Below are positions 44,644 to 56,380 of a stretch of DNA of 64,000 nt, piece after piece. The stretch lies in IMG/VR virus record IMGVR_UViG_3300000052_000003. The stretch is one strand, 5' to 3'. Origin of the DNA: a virus. Below the pieces are notes generated by a model, which was given only the letters and a program-made list of their open reading frames with translations, did not search any database and was not told the DNA's origin. Numbering within the stretch: the stretch's first letter is position 1; each line of letters starts with the position of its first letter. The position numbers and the translations under genes are program-made.

Positions 44644-45666
44644 TTACTCGATTAGTTTGGAGTAAGTAGCAAATCGGGCCTCGTTAATTTTAAAGATGTC
44701 GTAATGTTCGCGGACATATTCCCCATTTGCCTTACCATAGTCCTCTCGCATCTGCTTGCTAAATGCCATTCGTTTGATATCCCTCTCCCAGTTATCCACT
44801 TCGAAGATCGTTGGAATATCATCATAAGGAGCTCGCTTGTAGGTTAAGATCGGGATGTTTTTCGCTCCTGCCTCCAGGGCTTTAAGGTTTGACTTTAGAC
44901 GGTTAAATTTATTATCTAGCAAAGGAACCAGAAGCATGTCAGCCTCCAGGTAGAAATTCATGTATAGATCCACCGGCATCGATTCAAGTATCTTGTATTC
45001 AAGCTTCTCGTTTGCCGTGTAGATATCGCCTATCTGCTTCCAGTGCCATTCGTTAAAATTATTCCATCCACATAAAAGCATTCTAGCGTTATCTCTAAAT
45101 ACCTTAGACTTCGCCAGCTCTGCAATAGGTTGCTTCAGTTGCTGGATGTCTGGATAGTGAGTGATCGATCCAGTGTGTGCGATTGTGACTTTCTCATTTT
45201 CCTTTCTTACATCTGTGAACTGATCCTTATCGAATGGCAATGCGTTTGGCAGGATCTCGCAGTTTTTATTTATTTGGATTATTTCTAAATAAAGTCTATT
45301 GTGAGTCGTTGTAACTAGGTCCGCGTGTTTGATGTAGTCACGAATAATCCTAGTGATCCCTAACTTGCGATAAGTGCCAGCGCTTAGGTGCTTATCAAAT
45401 AGAATCCAATAGTCATCGATATCGATCACCAATTTAAATCCAAACTTCTGGCGCCACTCCAGGAGCTGAAGCAAAGGCACCGATTCCAGGAACCGATTTA
45501 CCACTACGACGTTAAAGTTTTTATCCTTCAATAGCTCCTCTGTGATCGTGTCAGTTATCAGGCAGTATTCCTTCTCCATGATCGACAAAGGAAGCGCCAG
45601 TCTGTGATAGGTTACTCCGCTATTTTGACTTCCTACCGCGAGGATTCTTAGCTTGGATTTTGTCAT
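44644..45666 (-). CDS. Glycosyltransferase, copy 2
   Basis: Copy of 12356-13378. Confidence 0.85.
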   Translation of the reverse strand: MTKSKLRILAVGSQNSGVTYHRLALPLSIMEKEYCLITDTITEELLKDKNFNVVVVNRFLESVPLLQLLEWRQKFGFKLVIDIDDYWILFDKHLSAGTYRKLGITRIIRDYIKHADLVTTTHNRLYLEIIQINKNCEILPNALPFDKDQFTDVRKENEKVTIAHTGSITHYPDIQQLKQPIAELAKSKVFRDNARMLLCGWNNFNEWHWKQIGDIYTANEKLEYKILESMPVDLYMNFYLEADMLLVPLLDNKFNRLKSNLKALEAGAKNIPILTYKRAPYDDIPTIFEVDNWERDIKRMAFSKQMREDYGKANGEYVREHYDIFKINEARFATYSKLIE

Positions 45667-46415
45667 TTGATTGGTTAGTTTGGTTAGTCTGGATCACTGC
45701 CTCCGCTTGCTTAGCTGATATAACATTCTCGTAGTGATGCTTTAGTCGTTTAAGCATGTCAAAAACGCATCCACCACACCAGGCGTTTAATACGAAGCTT
45801 GGATCCAGAGATCTCTTGTAGATTTCGTGATACTCATTAAGTACCGCGTGATCTAGATTTCTAGTGTAACCCAGAGCAACCGATTCAAAGTTGATGATAT
45901 TGTCTTGGATAAATTTAATATCTTGATCTGTCATAGCTTTGTAAGTAATTTCATTAACAATCTTTCCACTATCGCAGCGATCACACCGGCGCCAAAAGAT
46001 ACCGCTAGGATCGTCGATAATAACTCAGGAGCAAACATCAATCCAAGCGCAACCCAGAACCCCAGGCAAGGCGCGCAGTTAAACGGTTTGAAATTTAACC
46101 CTAGGTCATAGGGCATATTGTTCATATTCCAGAACGTGACGAAAGAGACTGAGGCGATAAGTTGAATCATTTGTTTATCATTTTTAGCAAATTTTGAAGA
46201 ACAAAGTATTTTGTTGTTAAAATCTTGCAGTCTATTTTATTTCTATTTTATAAAGTGCTTCTTTAACTTCCAGGTAATAACACTTATCGTCCATCCTCTT
46301 GGACATATCGATGAACTTCTGGCACATATACAGAGCGCACTCTCGAGCCATTAGTTTGGAGCCAGTAAAGTAAAGGCAATTATTGAACAGCTCTCGCGCT
46401 GTCTCATCTGGCTTC

Positions 46416-46919
46416 TTATTCATCCTTGAGTTTATTCTTAATTAGCGAAATCGTCTTCACTATCGATGGATATGGGATCCGAGTCTTTCTGTGTAGCTCC
46501 ATTTGATTAAAATTTGAAGCGACATATTGATCAAGCAAGGTGTTCTCATACCAGCAAAGATCTTTTCTTCTCTCGTCCAGTAGATCAAATAGCTTTTCTT
46601 TCTCGTCTTTACGATCGTCGATCTGGTCCGCTATATTGTCGATCTCTTCGATTGACTCAAACTTAGCCCGAAAGTTTTTAAAGAAAGGCTGATTCATCCC
46701 AGTGCTTCGAATCATGTTTAGCATCGCGCGGACCAGGTAGAACTTCAAAGCGTTATTCTCGTGAAGGTTCCAGAACTTTTGATCTGATAGGTTGCATAAG
46801 GAGATAAACATTTCCTGCCTAAGATCGTCGCGGAGGCTAGCCGGTTGCATCTTACGAAGCGCCTGGCTTATATCCTTGGAAAGATATAACTCCTCGATTA
46901 TCTGATTTCTGGTCTTCAC
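46416..46919 (-). CDS. Sigma-like factor, copy 2
   Basis: Copy of 14128-14631. Confidence 0.65.
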   Translation of the reverse strand: MKTRNQIIEELYLSKDISQALRKMQPASLRDDLRQEMFISLCNLSDQKFWNLHENNALKFYLVRAMLNMIRSTGMNQPFFKNFRAKFESIEEIDNIADQIDDRKDEKEKLFDLLDERRKDLCWYENTLLDQYVASNFNQMELHRKTRIPYPSIVKTISLIKNKLKDE

Positions 46920-47182
46920 TATAAGTCCTCTGGTAAACTGGCGATGTAAGCTTCGACCTCCTTTACGATCTTCTTTGTATTTTCGATTTCGTACTTTAAG
47001 TATTCCATCGCTTTCTCTAAATCCTGGAGACGATCTTGTTTCTTGCCAGCTCTTAAGACGTACTTGACTACGTTACCTAGGGAGAACCCAAGCCCGAAAG
47101 CATCGATAACATCGATCGCCTGGAGTCCTCCCTTTCCTTGATAGTGATCAGGCTTGACCACTTGCTCAGCGTTACTATTCAT
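46919..47182 (-). CDS. DUF3310-like protein, copy 2
   Basis: Copy of 14631-14894. Confidence 0.8.
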   Translation of the reverse strand: MNSNAEQVVKPDHYQGKGGLQAIDVIDAFGLGFSLGNVVKYVLRAGKKQDRLQDLEKAMEYLKYEIENTKKIVKEVEAYIASLPEDL

Positions 47183-47795
47183 TTTCTTTTCGTTTGGTTA
47201 GGCAAAGTTTAAAAAATGTTTTTTAAAACTCCAAATTTACACCGTAATTTTTTAGTAATATATTTAGCTGAGTATTAAGCCCTTCGCTCTTGGTCTCTGT
47301 CATTTCAGTCATCTCCAAGCCCAGGCGAAAGAATAAAAGCATAAGCTTGCCAGCATCCAGGTATTGATCAGTGACATCTCCGCTCGGATCGCCTTTGTAG
47401 ATCTCTTGCTCGATCTTTAGCAATTCATCCATGACGCTATTTGATTTCATCTTCAGCGCCTGGCGATTAAAAATGGACGGACGGAAGTCTGCCTCGATGT
47501 GATCGATCAGCGCATTGATCAGTCCGGCGTAGATAATGATCGTCTCTTTTTCTTTTAACTTTTTCATGGTTTTTTATTTAGATGGTCCTTTATTCTTTTG
47601 GTCCTCAGGAAGGCAGCCCTCCGCTCGGATCCGTGATTATTTAAAATTCTCAATAGATTGATTCTAAGCGAATGATTTACATCATTGATATAAACACCAG
47701 GCAGAAGGATAGATCGCGTCTCTCGTGTCAATTCTGACTCGATCCAAGCGATGCACTGCTTGTAATTGTCTGGCAGATTTTTATTAGTGTCCATT

Positions 47796-48134
47796 TTAAA
47801 CCGGTTTAATCTCAAACTCAATCCTGGGATTTAGCTTATCGATGTGCTTTCTCATAACCAGGACCGAACACAGTCGATCGTTCTGGATCATGCTAGTATT
47901 CTGCAAGCAGTCCAGGATTATCTTTGCCGCGTTGTCCAGGTCAGATCTGTTAGATTGGAAGTAGACATCGATCCAGATCTGGAAGGGAACGCTGATTGTT
48001 TCGCCTCTGTGCTTTCTGATCTGCCACTCAAAACTTACTTCGTACTCTTTTAGATCTACCGTCTTATAAAGGCGATTTCCTCCGATCCGGTATCCGTTTG
48101 ACTTGCTAGGCACCTGGCCCTTGATTATGATCAT
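47796..48134 (-). CDS. rusA: RusA-like resolvase, copy 2
   Basis: Copy of 15508-15846. Confidence 0.85.
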   Translation of the reverse strand: MIIIKGQVPSKSNGYRIGGNRLYKTVDLKEYEVSFEWQIRKHRGETISVPFQIWIDVYFQSNRSDLDNAAKIILDCLQNTSMIQNDRLCSVLVMRKHIDKLNPRIEFEIKPV

Positions 48135-48137
48135 GAT

Positions 48138-49556
48138 CTAAAATTTAGCCTCCTCGAAGGTGTGATTTATTGTATTGATCGCGCTTTGCTTATCCGAACC
48201 CGTTCCAATTTGGAACGCTTTGAGTTCCTCGTAAGAATCCGCGATTCGATTGGTAGTAACATCGACGTATCGATCAATAGTGCAAGTCTCTCCGTCTCTA
48301 TTTTTAAGTATCACATAATTAAGGATATTATCGTCCGGTCCTTTGGGGGTATTGTTAGCCCTGGCGTCAGTGTACTTGTAATAGTCATCACGATATAAAC
48401 CTATAACTGCAATCGCGTCCTGCTCGACATTCCCAGAGCTTCTAATATCTGATAACTGGGGCAGTCTTGATGATCGCCCCTCTATGCCCCTGGATAACTG
48501 AGACAAGGCGATTATCGGAATCTTTAGCTTCCTGGTTAGCTTCTGGATTTTATTTGATACGGATGAAACCTGGGCAAAGTCAGACTGATCCTTGAGCTGA
48601 TTGTCTCTGATCAGTTGAAGATAGTCAATAACTACCAGGTCAATTTTATTCCGTTTGGCCTCAGATGTCAGGATCATGGACAGATAATTAATATCACGAT
48701 TATCGGAGTCATAAAAGAAGATCGGTAAGGATTTTAAGATCGAAGCGTTTGAGTTGCGGATCTTAAGGATGTCATCTGGCTTCACTCGGTTAGCTTTTAG
48801 ATCGCTATACTTGTAGTCAAAATTCTCGGAGCTTATAAGTCTATACATTAGCGACTCCTTTGGCATCTCAAGCGAAAGGAATAGAACTCTTTTGCCAGAT
48901 TTTGCAGCGCTCTTAGCGTGTTGCAATCCAGCGATTGTCTTTCCCATACCTGGACGCCCAGCGATAACCGTCATTCCTTCCTGGAATCCTCCAAGAATAT
49001 AATTTAGATCCCTTGATCCAGTGTCAATCCCTGAGAATTTTATCTTTCCAGCGTTTGCTTCTAGTCGATCAATCACTTGATCATAAATAGTTGCGATATC
49101 AAACACCTCAGAGGAGGCTACCGACTTATCTAGGCTTTCAATCTCCTTATCTACGATCGTTTGTAAGTCAGAGACTTCCTTATTATCCAGGATTGCCGTC
49201 TGTAATTTGAAGGCAAGATCGTAAAATCTCCTCTTTCCTTCTGTCTCTTTTAGCTGATAGCACGATTCTTCTAGGTTGATCACACGATCTGGCATCAATT
49301 TTAGGATCAATTCGGATGAATATCCCTTTTCTGATTCCTTTGATTTAAGCAATCTAAATACATCCGCTCTAGTGATTCTCTTATCTTCTAGAGATAACTC
49401 TTTAAATCCAAGGAATGACGCCTTAAATAAAGCGTCAGTAAAAGATTCTTCACTGACTAATTTATTAGCCTCGCTAAATAGGTGAGGATAAGCTAGTAAG
49501 TGTGCAATGATGTCACGCTCTAGGTGAACATCGTTAAGATTTATTTTTACTGCCAT
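48138..49556 (-). CDS. dnaB: Replicative helicase, copy 2
   Basis: Copy of 15850-17268. Confidence 0.95.
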   Translation of the reverse strand: MAVKINLNDVHLERDIIAHLLAYPHLFSEANKLVSEESFTDALFKASFLGFKELSLEDKRITRADVFRLLKSKESEKGYSSELILKLMPDRVINLEESCYQLKETEGKRRFYDLAFKLQTAILDNKEVSDLQTIVDKEIESLDKSVASSEVFDIATIYDQVIDRLEANAGKIKFSGIDTGSRDLNYILGGFQEGMTVIAGRPGMGKTIAGLQHAKSAAKSGKRVLFLSLEMPKESLMYRLISSENFDYKYSDLKANRVKPDDILKIRNSNASILKSLPIFFYDSDNRDINYLSMILTSEAKRNKIDLVVIDYLQLIRDNQLKDQSDFAQVSSVSNKIQKLTRKLKIPIIALSQLSRGIEGRSSRLPQLSDIRSSGNVEQDAIAVIGLYRDDYYKYTDARANNTPKGPDDNILNYVILKNRDGETCTIDRYVDVTTNRIADSYEELKAFQIGTGSDKQSAINTINHTFEEAKF

Positions 49557-50263
49557 TGTTCTGGTATTATAGGTTTGTTCTGCAATGTAGTTAAATTGCG
49601 ATTATCTTGTGCTCCTGGAGTTGTATTATTTTTTTTAGGAGAAAATAATCCTTGATAATTATTAGAAATTGAGTGATTAATTGCAAGCTCTAAATCTTCA
49701 TCGCTTTTATCTGACCACTCCTTTTGTAGTTGTAAGGATCCAATAAGAGTATAGCTAGACTTCTTTTCTTTTTTATAATCAAACCATCTTTGAAAAAGAA
49801 AATCTCGCTTAGTAAAATCTCCTTTGATTTTCTCTTCTTTACTTTCTTCTTCTTTACTTTCCTTTACTTTGTTGAACGGTCGTTGAACGGTCGTTGAACG
49901 GTCGTTGCTAAGTCGCTTAGCAGCAGACTTTAAGCCAGCATCTCTACGTTGTTCTTTCATCTTAAAATAGGGCTCCAAATAGATCAACATTTTAGGAGAA
50001 AAGAATTTCTGTTCTGGATCGAGTTGAAACAATTCGTAGTTGCAGATCACGACTCTGATCTTCTGCTCTGAGGTTCCAAACTCTTCAGCTAATAGATCAA
50101 TGTCTTCGATTGGATACATCAAATCTTGTTGCTCTCTTAGCGTCTCCAATAACATAAAATAAATACCGTACCCTTCAAGTCCGAGCTCCTTTCTTAGTCG
50201 CTTAATCTTTCGATCATGTCTAGCGTTACAAAAGTGTGGGAAATAATAAGCGTCTTTTTGCAT
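49547..50263 (-). CDS. Replication initiator, copy 2
   Basis: Copy of 17259-17975. Confidence 0.8.
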   Translation of the reverse strand: MQKDAYYFPHFCNARHDRKIKRLRKELGLEGYGIYFMLLETLREQQDLMYPIEDIDLLAEEFGTSEQKIRVVICNYELFQLDPEQKFFSPKMLIYLEPYFKMKEQRRDAGLKSAAKRLSNDRSTTVQRPFNKVKESKEEESKEEKIKGDFTKRDFLFQRWFDYKKEKKSSYTLIGSLQLQKEWSDKSDEDLELAINHSISNNYQGLFSPKKNNTTPGAQDNRNLTTLQNKPIIPEQWQ

Positions 50264-51750
50264 TGTAATAAAATAAAAAAAAGCCAGTCTGCGTAGGAGT
50301 GCAAATCTGGCTCTGGTTTTTAAACCCTTAAATAACCCAAGAACTCCTACCCTCTTGGCTTATTGTTCTCAAATATAAAAAACATTTTTAACACCTACAA
50401 ATCATTTAAAAGATTCTCGAGTCTCATGATCTCTGCCTCCGCTTCGCTCATTTTATCCAGGATCAGATCGAATGCTTTGACATCTGGATTGTAATACTTC
50501 ATGATCTGAGTGTACTCGTTAAGATCAATTTTACGGTGAGCGATCTGGACATTCACCACTGCAAGAAAGCATCTGTCTTCTAGTGTCATTGTCTTTCCTT
50601 TATGTGACTAACTACTTCACGCCAGTACGTCGCATCTAGTCCGTCGATGATCCGATTTTTAATGATCAGAATTGAGTTTTCCAGGGCTTCTTCTAGGACG
50701 TATTTCATCTGAATCTTACCATATTGCTTTAGATGAGTTTCGCTGATATAGTCGATTATATCGTCTGCCTTTTCTTTCGGTGTCATGGCTTACAGATTTA
50801 TAAGGTCCTCTCTTAATTCTGCCCAATAACTAAGATCTAAATCGCCAGCGTGGATCGCTTCCATCACTATCTCAGCTCCTAGAATTGCGGAGGCGATGGC
50901 CTCCTCTTTATTTTTCTTGATCTGTGGATGCGATTCCTGGAAACGCTTCACTAGACTTATTGCGAATTGCTTTCTTGTCATTGTCTTGGTTAGATGTGGG
51001 CCAGCCTAGATGACCGGCCCAGTTTACAAATATACTAATTTTTTACTTTCCTGATTCTGTGAAAGAATATACCTTCCAGGTAAGGGAAGTCTGATTCTAA
51101 CTTTCTCGAATAGTCTGCCGTGTAGTTATTATTTACTTTATATCGATCAGTCTTTTCGATCATTGACTCCCAGCGGATCCTCTCGAAGATCTGCTTAGCT
51201 CCAATTTTTTTGTGACCGTTATTGATCAGCAAAAAGGCAAAGCGTTTGAACTCTTCGTAGATCCTGGGATTTAGCTCGTGATACTCTTTGAATGTTAGCA
51301 TCTTGCTTTATTTGAGATGTGATGTAAAGTTTACGACGATCATTTTGAAGCTCTCTGGCTATGTGATCCATCCAGTCATTGAAATTAAGCTTGTTCGTAT
51401 TCATTGTAGATCAATTTAATTTCGTCTAAAACCTCTGGATATTTTACCTTCCCGTATACGGTCTGCTGAACTATCGCAGTGGTCCACTCTCTAGCGCTAA
51501 AGGGCTTAATCCCTTTAGCATTTAAACGCTCAGCACATTGCTGATAAACATTCATTTTTTTAACTCTTGTCATCTTCATTTTCTTTTAATTTCATGTAAG
51601 GACTTGATCCGATTACTTTATAACCTGACCACATTTGCCAGTCCACATATTTAACGTATTCCTCGCTGGAAGCAAACCGCTCAATGACGCTGTAATAATT
51701 GCCTGACGGGCTCTTCAAGTCTAACCTTAGAACCTGGGGATAAGTCTCTT

Positions 51751-52404
51751 CTACCATGGTAAATCGTCTTCGCTAATTTCACCAAACTCTACATTCTCTG
51801 GAGCATCTGCGATCACTGGTGAATTCTTAAGGATTGCCTGATATTCCTGCGAGCTTGCAATCTTCTCCTTGATAAAATCTGGGAAGGAATCATAAGCCAC
51901 CTGGTCAAAGTTATTAACCGAAAAGACCATTTGAGGATTGATCAAATCCGGCACTTGCATTCCTTTCATCACGCCTCCGATCGATGCGATCTCAGCGTAA
52001 GTCTTACCGCTTACCTTAGACGTCTTATGGATGATCGATAAGGTGCAAGCCTTACCAGCTAGGACCGCGATGTCGAATGCCTTACATTCGTCCTCTGTTA
52101 GTGCCTTGCCTCTCCAGGAGTTAAGAAAAGCGCGAAGGTTTGATTTATCACCTAGCGACAAAGTAAATTCCTTAGAGATTACCTGAGGTTGCTCTCCGTT
52201 CTCTTCCTTGAATACTTTCATTTCCGTAGGAAGCTCGAAAGTAAGGCGTACCTTATTGACGTTTTTCTCTTCGCCCATGTAGGATTCTTTGATAGTTCCT
52301 AAGTGAACCATAGAATAGCATCGTGCGACGTAAGTACCTGCCGGGATCGGCTCGTAGTTTGAGCCTCCAGTTGAGGAGGCAATGATAGTTGTTTTGTTAG
52401 ACAT
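51751..52404 (-). CDS. Putative SSB, copy 2
   Basis: Copy of 19463-20116. Confidence 0.7.
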   Translation of the reverse strand: MSNKTTIIASSTGGSNYEPIPAGTYVARCYSMVHLGTIKESYMGEEKNVNKVRLTFELPTEMKVFKEENGEQPQVISKEFTLSLGDKSNLRAFLNSWRGKALTEDECKAFDIAVLAGKACTLSIIHKTSKVSGKTYAEIASIGGVMKGMQVPDLINPQMVFSVNNFDQVAYDSFPDFIKEKIASSQEYQAILKNSPVIADAPENVEFGEISEDDLPW

Positions 52405-52855
52405 GATAATAAAAATTAAAGGTTTGAAATGATTGTGATTACTGATAAAATTCCGATGATAATCAGAGTTAGGATAGTAGCCTGGGCTAGTTCAGATCCT
52501 GGGATTGTTTTTAATAATTCTCTCATTTGGATAGATGTTTAAAGATTGCCAGGGAATCAGCCCTGGCTCTGTTATGAATTAATAAACCTTAACAATGAAT
52601 AAATTGTCGTAATTCATTTCTTTTTGAAATTGATTTACGAAAGTCATTGCAAGTCTTTTAGTAGGAAATAAATGATCTAAAAAAACTGGATTTCCGTAAA
52701 CTGTTTTTTGATTCTTGCTGACAATTACTTGAGTTGGCTTTTTCATGATTTAGATGTTTTGTAGTTGCTTCGTTGCTGACTACATGACAAATTTAATACC
52801 TTTTTTGATATAAAAAAACTTTTTTTAAATTTATTTTAAATTATTTTTCAGACAC

Positions 52856-52924
52856 AAAAAAAGCCCAAGGATAAGATCCCAGGGCTTTAGTATTCACATC
52901 TAAACCTATACTATGAAAAACAAT
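52856..52924 (-). ncRNA. Candidate antisense sRNA, copy 2
   Basis: Copy of 20568-20636. Confidence 0.55.
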
Positions 52925-52933
52925 TAAACAAAT

Positions 52934-53926
52934 TTACACTATTTTTCCTTCTTTAATCATAAGATTCGAAACTTTACTTTTGCCGTCTTTAATTTCTACC
53001 AGTGCGAAGCCGTGATTATGCTGGGCAAAAGGATAGTATTTGGGAGACAAGTGAGTCAGGCACCCAGTCGAATAGGAATGAATGAAGTTTTTAAACCCGT
53101 CTTTCTTTGTCGTGCTAGTGGTCCGATGAACGTGACCAATCAAGGTATTGCAGAAAGTCTTATTAAATGTAGTCTGGGAAGGATTCATTCCGCCAGCCAT
53201 GATCTCGTGTCCATGACAAACTAATAAATCTCCCATTTCCATACCTTGCCAGTCCTCTACCCACTCGATTTTTAAGTGATCCATACGGAAGAACTTATCG
53301 AATTGCAATTCGTGGAGGCCGGCGAACTCCTCCGCCTGGCTAAACAGATAGCGCTGGAATCGATTCTCGTGATTGCCTGCCTTAAAATAGATTGGAATAG
53401 TTGGAAAGATGTCGCGAAGCTTCTGAAGAAAGTTTCTAGCCATCTCGATCTCTCGCGGGAAGTCTCTAAGATCCTTCTCCTTCTCGTGTCTAGATATCGA
53501 ATAGAAGTCGAAGGTATCACCGTTCAAATAAAGGCAGTCGATCTCTTGCTCTCTTAGGTACTTAATAGCGCAGGTAAGCGCTTCTAAAGAATGAAACGGG
53601 ACATGGATGTCTGATAGGATCCCGATCTTTTTTAAGTGATCTGGAAGGCGTGCACTGGTGTAATCTTTCCCGATCCCTGGCTCAATCCCAAAGCTATCGA
53701 TTTCGTCCAGGTTAAATGATTCTATCTTAGCGCTTGGTCTTGTCTTTTTAAAGTATTCGGACCTATCCTTTACAGATATACCTAGTCTAGTCATCTGGCG
53801 ATGAAAGGTAGATAAATCTTTATATCCGTAATTCTCCCAATTTTCACGCTCAAAATCTGCGCGAGTCATATTAGTAGAATAAAAATGCTTTTTTATCGCC
53901 TCGGATTTACCGTTGTCTTTGTTCAT
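52934..53926 (-). CDS. Metallophosphoesterase, copy 2
   Basis: Copy of 20646-21638. Confidence 0.9.
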   Translation of the reverse strand: MNKDNGKSEAIKKHFYSTNMTRADFERENWENYGYKDLSTFHRQMTRLGISVKDRSEYFKKTRPSAKIESFNLDEIDSFGIEPGIGKDYTSARLPDHLKKIGILSDIHVPFHSLEALTCAIKYLREQEIDCLYLNGDTFDFYSISRHEKEKDLRDFPREIEMARNFLQKLRDIFPTIPIYFKAGNHENRFQRYLFSQAEEFAGLHELQFDKFFRMDHLKIEWVEDWQGMEMGDLLVCHGHEIMAGGMNPSQTTFNKTFCNTLIGHVHRTTSTTKKDGFKNFIHSYSTGCLTHLSPKYYPFAQHNHGFALVEIKDGKSKVSNLMIKEGKIV

Positions 53927-54100
53927 ATTCTTCCATTAGTTGGTCTACCAGAAACTCAATGTTATTTAATAGCTTCATGCGAAGCACAAAACCAGCATCG
54001 TCGATGTGCTCGATAGATTCCATTACCTCAATCATTTTATCTAGCGTTTCACTTGTAGGATTTCGAGGATTTTCGATAGGATCGATGTCTATTTGATACA

Positions 54101-54547
54101 CTATTTTAAACCGAATTTAAGGTATAAATAAGCCACTAGCATAATAGCTTCCGCAAATAGTAGCATTACTACCCAATCAGGAACCCGATACTTGATTACT
54201 TCCTTGTCTCTGTATTCGATCCATTTTACCTGGGAGTTGCGATAGTTATTCTCGATCTCCTGGCGCATCGAATCAATATCGATCGTCGCTCTGATCTGGC
54301 CCTTGTCAGACTTGATTGTTACTGATCCATTAGGAAGGACCAGACGTGAATAAAAAGTAGATAGTAAGCCAGCGGAGTCGCAAGGATTCGAGATCGTGAG
54401 CGTGTCGTGTACCGCTCTAAATCTTTCGACTATTTTCTCGCTTTTCATTGTGTCGATTCTAAGCGTTTCTTTATACTCGGTTAGAGTCTTTGTCTGCTTA
54501 CAAGAAACAAACACAATACAAGCCAAAAGAATGATGAATTTTTGCAT
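54101..54547 (-). CDS. Putative u-spanin, copy 2
   Basis: Copy of 21813-22259. Confidence 0.65.
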   Translation of the reverse strand: MQKFIILLACIVFVSCKQTKTLTEYKETLRIDTMKSEKIVERFRAVHDTLTISNPCDSAGLLSTFYSRLVLPNGSVTIKSDKGQIRATIDIDSMRQEIENNYRNSQVKWIEYRDKEVIKYRVPDWVVMLLFAEAIMLVAYLYLKFGLK

Positions 54548-54549
54548 TA

Positions 54550-55005
54550 TTAAGAGAAGTAAAGGTCAGCCTCCGCTTGACGTCGTTTAGTTAATCCAGC
54601 TAGAACCTTTCCGCCTCCCTTATTCCACTTCATAAACTCCGCGCGAATCGTCGGATCATTCGGATTAAGATTGACTTTCTTTAATAAAGTGGATGATTTT
54701 AGATTTCTTGGTCCGCAATTATAAGCAAAGGATGCAAGTGCATCGAATTGATTTTGACTGATATCGTCGCGACAGAAACTATCGACGTCTTTCTCGTAGG
54801 ATTGAATTAAAAACTTTAGTAACTCTTCTGCTTTTTGAGGAGTGATCGCCGGATCTGTTAATTTTACTTTAGATCCATCTGGATAATAGCAATTTCCAAA
54901 CCCGATTGTCGGAATGTTAGCAGGGCAAAGGTATGGCTTCAATTTAAGCCCCTCAAATCTTTTTATTAGATCGAGTCCTTTTTGGCTGGCTTTGGTTACT
55001 TTCAT
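54550..55005 (-). CDS. Endolysin, copy 2
   Basis: Copy of 22262-22717. Confidence 0.92.
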   Translation of the reverse strand: MKVTKASQKGLDLIKRFEGLKLKPYLCPANIPTIGFGNCYYPDGSKVKLTDPAITPQKAEELLKFLIQSYEKDVDSFCRDDISQNQFDALASFAYNCGPRNLKSSTLLKKVNLNPNDPTIRAEFMKWNKGGGKVLAGLTKRRQAEADLYFS

Positions 55006-55273
55006 CAATTATGCCTAGTTTGGTTTTTAGGTTTGAATTTTCGGATTTTAAAGAGTGAACTTCAGCCGTTAAGACGTCTATCTTGTCGCTTAGTTCCTTC
55101 ACTTTGTCAGACATTTCTTGAGCCATCTGTCTCCAGATTTCGATGGCCTTAGAGGTTTGATCGAGCTCAGAGGTTGTGATCTCAGCCTGCTCTTTTCTTC
55201 TACCTACTAGCCATCCGATCAGTGCGGCGATCGCCCCCGTGACAGATTGCCCAAGAATGTCTTCCAAATTCAT
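54953..55273 (-). CDS. Putative holin, copy 2
   Basis: Copy of 22665-22985. Confidence 0.55.
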   Translation of the reverse strand: MNLEDILGQSVTGAIAALIGWLVGRRKEQAEITTSELDQTSKAIEIWRQMAQEMSDKVKELSDKIDVLTAEVHSLKSENSNLKTKLGIIDESNQSQPKRTRSNKKI

Positions 55274-56380
55274 TTATTAATCCTTCTTTAATACCTGCAA
55301 TAATTGAGCTTTTGCAAGGATTGTGAAACCTTCAGAATCCTTGATAAAGTTTTTGATCGTTTCTTGATCGCTTGAGTCCAAGTCAAGAATCTCTCCTTTG
55401 TTTAAGTTTACCGCCCAGTCCCAGAACTTTAAGGCATCGCCTTTGGATCCTTGAGCTAAAGCGTTAGCTAATAACTTACCTGCATTCGCGCCATCAATGG
55501 CCTGACCGTCTAATCCGACAAGGTCAAAATTAAAATTTAACTTCATTCTTTTTTTTGTTTGGTTTAACTTTTAATATATAGCAAAAGTCCTAGATTTTTG
55601 CAGGATCCTCTTCTATTACTGGCGCTTCTTCTTCTATTACTGGCGCTACATAATCTCCGGTAATAGTTAGATTTAATTTTTCTGCGATAAAATCCCAAGC
55701 TAAAGAATCATCTTCCCAAGCTTCGTACTCTTCTCCTTGCATTGTTAAATTTCCATCTGTTAATTTTTCAGCTAAAAATCCTTCTTCGTTTTGAACATGC
55801 AAAGAATAATAAAAAGTAGCAGAACTATTTATAGTTACATTAACTGCATAAGCGTTTAAAATTTTAGCCTCTTTGCTTACTCCGTTATCCCAGATAGAAA
55901 CTGGCTCGATAATTTTCATATTTTTATTTATTTAAAGTTTAAATTTAAGGGCATCCAGTTTGTCCAGATACTATTTGAATAGAGCCATTATAGCCAGCTG
56001 GTAAAGTAGTTTGCGAATTACCGCTAAAGGTGTAATAAACTGGTGTACTGCTTGGAAATATGTAACGCTGACCAGTTCCTAAAGTAGGAACAATTTTTGT
56101 CCAAGCTACTGCACCACCAGAGCAGTTATTTAATTGATAATAGGTTGCTGGTGTAGCTAATAAATTACTTTTTACTACTAGCTGATTATCCGATTTACCA
56201 GATAATGGAGAACTCTGAATATCTACCGTAGTTAAGGCTCCAATTTTAGTTACTTGCCTAGAGCCAGAAACTCCAGGAGGCGGAATTGTACCTATTTTTA
56301 TAAATACGTTATTATCTACCGCGTTCTGTAAATTATCCCAGCTAACCGTTTGACTATTTGATATACCACTCCAAGACATA